From Balanoglossus misakiensis (lineage: Eukaryota; Animalia; Hemichordata), in contig CM082581.2 in the NCBI GenBank assembly GCA_040954595.2, positions 496,001-560,000 on the forward strand: a stretch of DNA of 64,000 nt, written 5' to 3'. The position numbers and the translations under genes were made by a program. Shown here piece by piece: positions 52,559 through 64,000 of the stretch. The notes beneath the pieces were generated by a model that was given only the letters and a program-made list of their open reading frames with translations, was not told the origin of the DNA and did not search any database. Every line of letters begins with the position of its first letter. Position 1 is the stretch's first letter.

Positions 52559-52579
52559 GCCCCACGTTGGTAGGCGCCA
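52559..52579 (-). promoter_or_regulatory. Primer-binding site, tRNA-Lys-like with a 3-nt insertion (TGGCGCCTACCAACGTGGGGC)
   Basis: Adjacent to the 5' LTR. The canonical Lys(CTT) PBS is TGGCGCCCAACGTGGGGC. Confidence 0.75.
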
Positions 52580-52581
52580 GA

Positions 52582-53957
52582 TGTTACCCTTGCAAAATTC
52601 CAATAAAAACGATGGGCTAGCTGGGCGTGAGCAAACTCGACAAGGGTAATCAACAAGTTTCGTTCATGTGAGTTGGGTCGTAGGATTCGTGGTGATTGCG
52701 GTAGCTTTGGGAACACAGGGCGAGTGAAGGGGGTGTGGACAAAATGACACAAAGACACTTTATATCCAATGAAAGAAGTATAATTAATAGTAAGTCTATC
52801 AACATCAGAGATGTAACAAGAGCTCTATCAAAACCTGTTTCATTAACAAGTAACACCCTCCTGAAGAAAACTGGCGTGGCACAACCTGCCGCGAGTCCGG
52901 TCAAAGTTCAACAGTTTATAAACGAACGTGACGCACAATCGAGTTCTGGCGATGAGGGCGCTGTCCCGCACTCAACAGTCGCGTCGATCCGCTTCCAAAA
53001 TCCAACGGAGAGAATCCTCTAACAATCAATGCAAATATCTCAAAGTTCGCTCGTCGCAAACGCTCCGAGTGTATCCAGGCGTAAAGCGGAGCTTGATGAC
53101 GAAGCGCTGATCAGTTCCGTGATCGGCAAATCGATCGTAGGGTCGAGTGTTCCTGCTCGTATATGATTCGTTCAAAGTTTGTAGACGTTGGGGGTCAAAC
53201 AATGCGGCTCATTGCATTCCCCACACGCCGTGGTTCGAAGAACCTAGAAAGGCCGTAAGTTTATCAAATCCAGTCCGATTTTACATGATTAGCGTTAATG
53301 AGATCGTACTTACATCAGCTTTCAGTTCGTGAAGCATCGACGTTGAGAAACCTGCGCGAGTACCCGTAATCGTTGGATCTCGGCGATCGGTGTCTCAGTA
53401 ATCAGCGTGACAATAACAATGGTTCGTTCAGGTACAGCAGACCTGTCGTTCGAAATAGTAGATGAAATGCTTCTTACGTAGGGATCTCACGAAGACTAGC
53501 TCAAATAATGTTAGTTAACATCCGGCTCTCCTCGATTCCCATTCAAGATGCAATTTCGCCGTACGATTCTGCCGATGGTTCGGATTTTTGTGGAGATTCC
53601 ACTCTCGTCAATACAATTGGACAACGGCCATATTAAAAAGTTCCCTTTTTACTCACTAGTTCATCGCCGTATTACACCCGCCAAACCTTTGACTGAATAC
53701 ACGCGGTACTGCCTGGACGGAACAAATTCAACTTTCCAGTAGCAAATATTCGATCAATAACAATAAAAGAGCTTTCATACAGAAACATCATAACTCGAAA
53801 TCGAATACCTCACAAGAAATACAGTCAACACCTGCGGACTACTTCAATTGCGTAATCACAATAAACAGGTAAAGTCAGTAATCAAAAATGTATCAAATAT
53901 ACGATATAGGCGGGGTCATTCCACTATGCTCTGAGGGGTGCAAATTCAATGGTATCA
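52582..53957 (-). repeat. 5' LTR of Gypsy element 1
   Basis: Direct repeat of 44121-45496. Confidence 0.95.
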
Positions 53958-56900
53958 TTAGCAACGGTGATCAAGTCAGAATTTCTACGGCATGGCTTGG
54001 ATAAAGCCCCGGCACTCTAGAGCAGAAACACGCGTACAGAGACCACGTTGATCAACTCAGATCTCCTACGGCCTGGCTCGACTAAAACCCCAGCACACCA
54101 TGACAGACACTAGCGTTCGTTAGCAACGGTGATCAAGTCGGATTTCCTTCGGCCTGGCTCTGCAAAAGACCCGACACTCTAGTACAAAGACGTTGGCTAA
54201 GTCGGGCAAACCGAAGAGGGAAAGTCACAGCGGGTCAACACTCGACATTTGTTCGGTTAGGACTGCATTATTGCTTGTCAATTTATAGAGAAAGCCCGAA
54301 TTAGACCAGGGCGTTTCAAACAACGACGTTAGTTGGGGGCACGGCCTGCAGTACTGCCGGGTAAGCTGACATCGGCGTACCGCATATAATGTAGGGGGGG
54401 GGGGGAACAGAACGGTTCAATACTACATTTATTAGATATCAGCTAATTTTGGACAATCATCTAAAATCTAAATTATTTGGATATCTGATGATGTATGAAA
54501 TTTCCATTATATGTAAAAATGGTGCTGATTATAAAAAATGCACTCTGATTTAATACAAAATTGCGTTTTATTCGTTTTTGCACCAAAAAGGTCATTTTTA
54601 GGCAAAACATTCTTTATTTTTTTAATTCGGTGACCTGATCATATATAAACAATTGCTTGTATGTTAAAAGTTTTTATGACTTTTAAAAGCAGTGACACTG
54701 GCGGCATTCAATACGAAAATAACAATTTTATCCACAATTTGGTCAAAATGGTAAATTTTTGAAAATTACAAAAAATACCTGTTTTCTACATTTTCGGAAA
54801 TCTGATGGAGTATAGAATGCTCTTCGTATGTATATATCGATACAAATTCCACAAAAGACCGTCTAATTTGTCTCACTGCAGACAAAATTGCGTTTTACCA
54901 AGTTTTCCTTGAAAATGTCATTTTTAGAAAAAATAAATAAAAAAAACCTTTGTTCTTCGAATTTGGTGCCGTGATCATATATGACATGTTGATTGTATGT
55001 TAAAACTTTCGACCACTCCAAAAAAGCAGAGATATTGACGGAATTCAAGAAAAAATAGCAATTTTGGCCATATTTTGACAAAAATGGTAAATTTTTAAAA
55101 AATCATAAAAAATTAACTCTTTTCTTCAATTTCGGAAATATTATGGAGCATGAAGTGTCGTTCTCTTGTAAAAAGTGCTGCAAATTCCAGAAAAGGCGGT
55201 ATAATGTGAATCACCCAAGACAAAATTACCATTTTCGACTTTTTTTCGAAAAATTGTTTTTTTTTACAAAATAAATAAGAATAAATTCTTTTCTTAGTTT
55301 TAAACGGGTAGAGACACTTTCCACACGGGTTTTCTAACATTGAATTCCCGTTCATCAACTCAGATTTCCTACAACATAAGTCGGCTAAAACCATGACACT
55401 CTAGAGCAGGAACAGTTGCACACTGGTAACGTTGAACAAGTCGATTTTGCTGCAGCCTTGCTCGGCTAAATCTCCGTCACAATATGACAGACACTAGCGT
55501 ACGTTAGCAACGGTGATCAAGTCAGATTTCCTACGGCCTGGTTTAGCTGAAGCCCCGGCAATTTAGAGCGGAAACACGCGTACAGAGACCACGTTGATCA
55601 AGTCTGATCTCCTACGGCTTGGCTCGACTAAAACCCCGGCACACTATGACAGACACTAGCGTTCGTTAGCAACGTTGATCAAGTCAGATTTCCTACGGCA
55701 TGGCTTGGCTAAAGCCCTGGCACTCTAGAGCAGAAACACGCGTACAGAGACCACGTTGATCTACTCACATTTCCTTCGGCCTGGCACGGCTGATGCCCCG
55801 GCACTATATATAGGACACAGACTGGCGTAAGTTAACAACGGTAATCACGTCGGGTTTCCTACGGCCTGGCTCAGCTGACGCCCCGGCACTCTAGAGCAGA
55901 AACAGGCGTACATTGACCTCGTTGATCAAGTCAGATTTCCTATGGCGTGACTCGGCTGGTGCACCGGCTCTATATGACACAGACTGGCGTAAGTTATCAA
56001 CGGTTATTCCGTCGGATTTCCTACGGCCTGGTTTAGCTGAAGCCCCGGCAATTTAGAGCGGAAACACGCGTACAGAGACCACGTTGATCAAGTCTGATTT
56101 CCTACGGCTTGGCTCGACTGAAACCCCGGCACACCATGACAGACACTAGCGTTCGTTAGCAACGGTGATCAAGTCGGATTTCTTTCGGCCTGGCTCTGCA
56201 AAAGACCCGACACTCTAGTACAAAGACGTTGGCTAAGTCGGGCAAACCGAAGAGGGAGAGTCACAGCGGGTCAACACTCGACATTTGTTCGGGTAGGACT
56301 ACATTATTGCCCGTAAATTTATAGAGAAAGCCCGAATTTAACCAGGGTTTTTCAAACACCGACGTTAGTTGGGGGCACGGCCTGCAGTACTGCCGGGTAA
56401 GCTGACATCGGCGGACCGCATATAATGTGGGGGGGGGGGGAACAGAACGGTTCAATACTACATTTATTAGATATCAGCTAATTTTGGACAATCATCTAAA
56501 ATCTAAATCATTTTTTCATATTTGGATATCTGATGATGTATGAAATTTCCATTATATGTATAAATGGTGCTGATTATAAAAAATGCACTCTGAATGAGTT
56601 GATTTAATACAAAATTGCGTTTTATTCGTTTTTGCACCAAAAAGGTCATTTTTAGGCAAAACATTCTTTATTTTTTTTAATTCGGTGACCTGATCATATA
56701 TAAACAATTGCTTGTATGTTAAAAGTTTTTATGACTTTTAAAAGCAGTGACACTGGCGGCATTCAACACGAAAATAAAAATTTTAGCCACAATTTGGTCA
56801 ACATGGTAAATTTTTGAAAATTACAAAAATACCTGTTTTCTACATTTTCGGAAATCTGATGGAGTATAGAATGCTCTTCGTATGTATATATCGATACAAA

Positions 56901-58838
56901 TTCCACAAAAGACCGTCTAATTTGGCTCACTGCAGACACAATTGCTTTTTACCAAATTTTCCTTGAAAATGTCATTTTTAGAAAAAAAAATAAAAAAACC
57001 TTTGTTCTTCGAATTTGGTGCCCTGATCATATATGACATGTTGATTGTATGTTAAAACTTTCGACCACTCCAAAAATGCAGAGATATTGACGGAATTCAA
57101 GAAAAATAGCCATTTTGGCCATATTTTGACAAAAATGATAAATTTTTAAAAAATCATAAAAATTAACTCTTTTCTTCATTTTCGAAAATATTATGGAGCA
57201 TGAAGTGTCGTTCTCTTGTAAAAAGTGCTGCAAATTCCAGAAAAGGCGGTATAATTTGAATCACCCAAGACAAAATTACCATTTTCGACTTTTTATCGAA
57301 AAATTATCTTTTTTACTAAATAAATAAGAATAAATTCTTTTCTTAGTTTCAAACGGGTAGAGATACTTTCCACACGGGTTTTCTAACATTGAATTCCCGT
57401 TCATCAACTCAGATTTCCTACAGCATAAGTCGGCTAAAACCCTGACACTCTAGAGCAGAAACAGTTGCACACTGATAACGTTGAACAAGTCGATTTTTCT
57501 ACGGCCTGGCTCGGCTAAATCTCCGTCACAATATGACAGACACTAGCGTACGTTAGCAACGGTGATCAAGTCAGATTTTCTACGGCATGGCTTGGATAAA
57601 GCCCCGGCACTCTAGAGCAGAAACACGCGTACAGAGACCACGTTGATCAAGTCTGATCTCCTACAGCTTGGTTCGACTAAAACCCCGGCACACTATGACA
57701 GACACTAGCGTTCGTTAGCAACGTTGATCAAGTCAGTTTTCCTACGGCATGGCTTGGCTAAAGCCCTGGCACTCTAGAGCAGAAACACGCGTACAGAGAC
57801 CACGTTGATCTACTCACATTTCCTGCGGCCTGGCACGGCTGATGCCCCGGCACTATACATAGGACTCTGACTGGCGTAAGTTAACAACGGTAATCACGTC
57901 GGGTTTCCTACGGCCTGGCTCAGCTGAAGCCCCGGCACTCTAGAGCAGAAACAGGCGTACATTGACCACGTTGATCAAGTCAGATTTCCTACGGCATGAC
58001 TCCGCTGGTGCACCGGCTCTATATGACACAGACTGGCGTAAGTTATCAACGGTGATTACGTCGGATTTCCTACGGCCTGGTTTAGCTGAAGCCCCGGCAC
58101 TTTAGAGCGGAAACACGCGTACATTGACCACGATGATCAAGTCAGATCTCCTACGGCTTGGCTCGACTAAAACCCCGGCACACTATGACAGACACTAGCG
58201 TTCGTTAGCAACGTTGATCAAGTCAGATTTCCTACGGCATGGCTTGGCTAAAACCCTGGCACTCTAGAGCAGAAACACTCGTACAGAGACCACGTTGATC
58301 TACTCACATTTCCTGCGGCCTGGCACGGCTGATGCCCCGGCACTATATATAGGACACAGACTGGCGTAAGTTAACAACGGTAATCACGTCGGGTTTCCTA
58401 CGGCCTGGCTCAGCTGAAGCCCCGGCACTCTAGAGCAGAAACAGGCGTACATTGACCACGTTGATCAAGTCAGATTTCCTACGGCATGACTCCGCTGGTG
58501 CACCGGCTCTATATGACACAGACTGGCGTAAGTTATCAACGGTGATTACGTCGGATTTCCTACGGCCTGGTTTAGCTGAAGCCCCGGCACTTTAGAGCGG
58601 AAACACGCGTACAGAGACCGCGTTGATCAAGTCTGATCTCCTACGGCTTGGCTCGACTAAAACCCCGGCACACTATGACAGACACTAGCGTTCGTTAGCA
58701 ACGTTGATTAAGTCAGATTTCCTACGGCATGGCTTGGCTAAAGCCCTGGCACTCTAGAGCAGAAACACGCGTACAGAGACCACGTTGATCTACTCACATT
58801 TCCTTCGGCCTGGCACGGCTGATGCCCCGGCACTATAT
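53958..58838. repeat. Macrosatellite array, segment 6
   Basis: G-run markers at ~54394 and ~56428. The last unit has a duplicated block of 81-bp subrepeats. Confidence 0.95.
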
Positions 58839-59341
58839 TGTTATGGAATTGCTATTCCATGTGATTTATTATTTGGCATGTTGTTTTTCTATGGCTTCAC
58901 TGTCGTGGTGGTGTTACCATGGAGACCGTTTTGGGCTGCCTTGTATGATTGACAAGGATAGAAGGGTTTCCCCATCTTGCCCTTGGTGTATCTACACCAA
59001 TCAGAAGTGCGTTCTGGGTCACATGTTTAGCCTCGTTTTTAGCCTGCAACCATGTTGTTTTGGAGAGTTTTGGCGTGGATCTGTTGAGGAAGGAACCCCG
59101 GTTTCGGCCCCGTTTAGTCCTGTTTTATCCCTCCCGGATAGCCGGCCCCTGGTCACCGATCGCGAGATCTGAGACGTGTTTACCTCAGCTGCTCAGTGTG
59201 GGCAGATTTCTTCGACGAGACGCTTGCTTTCCGGCGAGTTCCTACCGCCGCGTGTGAAGACAGCGCTGTTTGTGAGAGGCTCGAGCGGGTCCGTCTGCGC
59301 TACCGGTTTTCAATAGGCGGAACGCCTGGGTTTCCGTCACA
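58839..59341 (+). repeat. Putative 5' LTR (~503 bp) of Gypsy element 2
   Basis: tgttatggaa...ttccgtcaca terminal inverted ends, followed by the PBS-like TGGTGGCATCTGCGGGAT at 59344. The second LTR is not in the window. Confidence 0.75.
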
Positions 59342-59724
59342 ATTGGTGGCATCTGCGGGATTGTTAGGGCAACTTTGGTTCAGAGACCCCTTTCGAATAT
59401 TCGCCAAGGTCTGGATCGACTCAGCGGTCAGGTTTGGTCGATGAATGTTGTTGTTGAGAACGGTTGTATTGCTGTGTGCAAAAGAGAGGTCACAGGAGTT
59501 TGTGGCGTGTTTAGCACTCTGGGCACCGTACTCCTTACAGGATCTGTTAACGCAGGTCAGTGCGACACGGTAACCGCAGGCTTTTGTATCGCCTTCTTTT
59601 GCTGTGATTTTGGAGCTATACAGTGTTCATTTTAGGCATTCATCGTCCGAACAGATCTCTGTGTCGACGGTTCGATTTTAGGTGTTCTTTTTACATAGAA
59701 AACATTGTGCCCGGAAATTGCATC

Positions 59725-61067
59725 ATGGCTACTTATACAGGGAATACGAATTTATCGCAGGACAGGGAGGTTGTTTTCAACAGTAGGTTTGATTCTGGGT
59801 ATGAGAGAACAGACGTCAATTCTACGGTCATTTCTGATGAAGCCCTGAAAACTCCGCTCGTTTCATCGGGCACAGGGAGAAGGTTAGGCAGGGGTCGTGG
59901 TAGACATCTGAGCGTGTCCTCAGGGGCAGTTAGTCGGAATACTGGGGATGAACGCGATGTCGGTAGACGACTAGATACAATGGAACGATCAGTTTGTGAT
60001 ATGGCACAACAACTTCAAACATTTATGCAAACGTTTGGGAAGGGGGGCGAGGTAAATTTAGGTAGTGTCCATAGTACACCTAAGCCAAGCATAGTGGACA
60101 GCGCCCTCACGCGTCAGGCGGCGGTAACACCTGAAGTGCTGTCATATCCGGGTCAGGACAATTCAGTAACATCATCAATGATGGGAAATATTTCTGGGGG
60201 TTCTCCTGACGGTGTGGGAAGGGATAGTTCCCATGGGAATGGGTTTGTCAGTAATACAGGAACTGGTACTACACAAACAAAATTTCATTTCGTCAAGCCA
60301 GAGGCGTATGATGGTAGTACTGATTTCAGCGAGTTTAAGACTCATTTTGATATTTGTTCTGAACTGAACGGTTGGTCTCCTGATCAGAAGTATAACATTC
60401 TGATGTCTCGTCTACGGGGCAGGGCATTACGCTTTGTTTCTCACGGGTGTGGCAATGTGAAACGTTATGATGAGCTTTGTGCAATTCTGGGTCAACGGTT
60501 TGGCACTACACACATGCAAGATGTTTACAGACTTTCGGTGAAAACAATTGTATGTGGTAAAAACCAGTCCCTGCGTGAATTGGCTCAGCAAGTCCGTGAA
60601 ATAATCATAAAGGCTTACCCTGGTGTCACAGGTTCAATATTGAACGGTTGTGCATTGAGACATTTTTCGAGGCAATCCCTGATATGTCATTGCAGAGAAA
60701 AATACATGAAGCTAGTCAGTTATCTGATGCAACCCTGGACAGTGTCCTGCGGGCGGTTTTGTTAGAAGAAAGCTTTCAAACTTTGCAGAAACATGGCCGT
60801 TCTAGGGGCAAAGTGTCTCAGGCTTTGGATGGTGAAAATAGCCAGTCTACTGTGAGGGTTGATACACAGGAGATGTTTGCAAAAATTATGAAAAGACTTG
60901 ACAAGTTGGAAAATAGTTCTAGTGAGACAACAACAGTTGAGAAAAAGCAAAGGCTCTGCTGGAATTGTAACCGTTCTGGTCATTTGAAAAGAGACTGTCC
61001 AGAACCTCAGGTTAAACAGAAAGAGCAGAAGGGTAAAACAGATAAGAGTCAGTTAAACCCCAAATGA
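59725..61067 (+). pseudogene. Gypsy gag (frameshift ~60650) with CCHC knuckle
   Basis: KPEAYDGSTDFSEFKTHFDICSELNGW gag motif. Continues in another frame (CIETFFEAI...CWNCNRSGHLKRDC). Confidence 0.85.
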
Positions 61068-64000
61068 CTGTCCGTGCTGACCGTCGAGCAGTCCCAGTAA
61101 ATCAGTCTGGAGAAGAAGTGTCTCAGACGAGGTCAAAGGTCATTAACAAAAGCAGTGAGCAAACCCGTCTGCACACCAGCACTGCAGTTGTTGAAACTGA
61201 TGATGTTGATAGGTGTGCTCCTTGTAAATGTAAAGTGAATGATAACAAGGTGAAGCACATTGAAACAAATAGTAATGATGCAGTCAACAGTATGATGCTG
61301 GATGTGAAATTCCAAGGGGTGCCTAGCAAAATGCTTGTTGACACTGGATGTACACACACATTGATTTCATTTGACTATTTTAATAGTATGCCAGACAATG
61401 TGCGTCCTCATTTGACTGAAACTGGACTATATATTGTGCAAGCAAATGGTTCAAAACTTGATATAGCAGGCAGCGTTGCTGTGCAGATCGAGATTGGTTC
61501 TGAGAAAATTGACACTTCTGTTCTTGTTGGAAATTATCTCGATGGATCTCCAGGAATCCTGGGTATGGATGTTTTGACTAAATTTGGTTGTAGTCTCAAT
61601 TTACAAAATTGTACAGTTTCTGTGGGCGACCAAGTTTTATCCACAAGTCCTGAAAGGTTGAAACCATTTAGTTGTAGATTACAGGCTGCTTCTCATGAAA
61701 TAATTCCAGCTGGTCATGAAGCAATTATTCCAGCCAGAATGGCAAAACAACCTAGAAAAGGTCAGCTAGGTCATGAAAGTCTGAAAGGTCAAAGTTCACG
61801 GGCATCTCACTGTGAAAGGTCTGCAGCGGATATGCTGTGTTTGTCTGAGTTAGTGGCTACTGTAGAGCCTACAGCCATGTTAAAGGATTTTCCTGAGGGG
61901 ATGGGTACAGCGTCTACCCTGGTAAACCCGGGTCAACGGTTATTACCTGTAAGAGTCATTAATTTAGGGATAAAGGACATAGAGGTCAAACGAGGTCAGG
62001 TCGTAGGTTTGTACAGACTGGAGAGAGCAGTTGATTGTAATGTCAGCTCTCCTGTTGACATGAATCAGTGTGACAAATCAGCTGTTGTGCAAAATAGTGC
62101 GCCCTCTAGTGGCAACACTTGTGAAAAGCATGATAACAATGGGAAATCTGTTTCCCGTGGCATTGAGAAATTGCCATCACATTTAGTGGATTTGTATCAT
62201 CGTAGTGTGCAACATCTTGAGTCTGACGAACAAAAGGAACAAGTACAAACGCTGTTGATAAATAATTCTGATGTTTTTAGCAAGAATGCGTATGACTTGG
62301 GTTTGACCGATGTTGTTGAGCACAGGATTGATACACAACAGGCTACCCCAGTGAAAGTGGCACCGTATCGTGCGCCATTTTGGAAAAAGACTGAAATAGA
62401 GAGACAGGTTCAATCATTTGTAGACAAAGGCATGTTAGTCGAGTCAACATCGCCTTGGAGTTCGCCATGTTTGTTGGTCAAGAAAAAGGATTCTACACAG
62501 AGATTAGTAGTTGATTACAGGAGACTCAATGCAGTCACAATTCAGAATGCCCAACCTATTCCAAGAATACAGGACAATTTAGAAGCAATGCATGGTGCTT
62601 GCTGGTTTTCCACCCTTGATTTGAATATGGGATTTCATCAGGTCAAGCTTGATAAGGAAAGTAGAGAAAAGTCTGCAATAGTGACTTCTTCTGGTAAATT
62701 GTTGGAATGGACTACAATGCCCATGGGATTGTGCGGTGCACCTGGCACTTTTGAAAGATTGATGGAAAAGGTTTTTCAAGGATTGCAATGGGAAATTTTA
62801 TTACTCTATTTGGATGACATTATTGTGTTTGGGGAATCTTTTGAGCAGGAATTGGAACGGTTGCAGACTGTTTTCAACAAATTGCGTGAAGCAGGTCTGA
62901 AGTTAAAAGCAAAGAAGTGTACTTTGTTTGCAGTTCAAGTAGAATTCCTGGGACATGTTGTGTCGGCTGAGGGTGTGTCAACCGATCCGAAAAAGGTTCA
63001 AACACTGAGAAATTGGCCCGTACCTACATCTTTGACTGATGTACGCAGTTTTGTTGGACTTGCTTCGTATTATCGGAGGTTTATACAGAACTTTGCGGAA
63101 ATTGCAAAGCCCCTTACAGATTTGACGAAGAAAAATGTCATTTTTGTGTGGAGTGATGAATGTCAGATAGCTTTTGATCGGTTGAAAGATCTACTGTCAT
63201 CACCTCCTGTGTTGGCCTTCCCATCAGAGAAGGGAGAATTTATTCTGGATACTGATGCTTCTCACTCCTCGATTGGTGCTTGTCTTAGCCAAATTCAGGA
63301 TGGAGTGGAACGTCCCATTAGGTTTGGAAATCGTGTACTGAGTTCTCAGGAAAAGAACTATTGTGTCACGCGAAAGGAATTGTTGGCAGTGGTATACTTT
63401 GCCAAGCATTTTAGACACTACTTGTTAGGTAGACCATTTATGATCAGAACAGATCATGCATCTCTAGTCTGGTTACTTCGGTATAAAAATCCCGAGGGGC
63501 AATTGGCCCGCTGGCTAGAGGCTTTGAGTGCGTTTGATTTGTTCACCGTTCAGGGAATAAACACACGAACGCTGATGCGTTGAGTAGGGTACCATTGCGC
63601 CCATGTAAACAGTGCGGTAGACAGCACGGTGACAATTGTTCTGAACCGGTTGAGGATCAGAACGGGGATGACCTGTCTTTTGTTGGGGCAAGGGATCGGG
63701 CCATTGAGGGAGCGGGAACTCGGAAAGGTCCGGTAGAGGATGAGTTTGAGGTTTGGGGACGCCTTGACCAAAAAGGAGGTTTTGTGCACAAAACATTTGC
63801 TCCCGAGGATGATCTGAGTGATGAGAAAATGTGCAGTGATAATGTCATGGTCGACCATGGTCCCTTATGGTCACGGGAAGAATTACGCAAACAACAAATG
63901 AGTGACCCGAACATTGGTTTTCTTATGCAATGTGTGGAGTCTGGTAAGGACAAGCCACAGTGGTCTGAAGTGTCATTTCGTTCGCCTGCGTTGAAGTCTT
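61064..64000 (+). pseudogene. Gypsy pol (protease, RT, RNase H; frameshift ~63540; continues past window)
   Basis: LVDTGCTHT; YLDD; DTDAS; TDH. After LSAFD the conserved HRSGNKHTNADALSR lies in a different frame. Confidence 0.92.

Larger units (their letters stand above)
44121..53957 (-). mobile_element. Ty3/Gypsy LTR retrotransposon, full length
   Basis: 1376-bp LTRs (44121-45496, 52582-53957) with TG...CA ends. 4-bp TSD TTAG (44117-44120 / 53958-53961). PBS next to the right LTR. gag-PR-RT-RH-IN on the minus strand. Confidence 0.96.
58839..64000 (+). mobile_element. Second Ty3/Gypsy LTR retrotransposon (different family), truncated by window end
   Basis: The satellite stops at 'cactatat|tgttatggaa'. 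Putative LTR, PBS, gag and pol follow. Confidence 0.92.

Overview
Eukaryotic repeat-rich DNA with no host protein-coding gene. The TE complement suggests a marine invertebrate, which is inference only. The backbone is a head-to-tail macrosatellite of about 2.0-2.5 kb per unit. Each unit has an AT-rich block of ~320-bp degenerate subrepeats, a variable array of 81-bp subrepeats, and a ~250-bp unique segment ending in a G-run. Six different mobile elements interrupt the array. (1) A ~6-kb intron-containing DNA transposon (9739-15786, minus strand). Its reconstructed 9-exon transposase has a RAG1-like N-terminus (Chapa Zn finger + RING + C2HC finger) and a D-D-E core with RAG1/Transib-like motifs. 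This is Chapaev/N-RAG-TP type, now pseudogenised, with no RAG2-like partner seen. (2) A Helentron-associated HINE/DINE-1-like element. (3) A full BEL/Pao LTR retrotransposon with TA...CA LTRs. It is split by a 2.5-kb TIR element carrying inverted 69-bp arrays, a long palindrome and a captured LTR-PBS-gag piece of a different BEL element. (4) A TTAA-target MITE. (5) A full Ty3/Gypsy element with 1376-bp LTRs and a candidate spliced small membrane-protein ORF downstream of pol. (6) A second Gypsy element that runs off the window end. All alignments and translations were done by eye.
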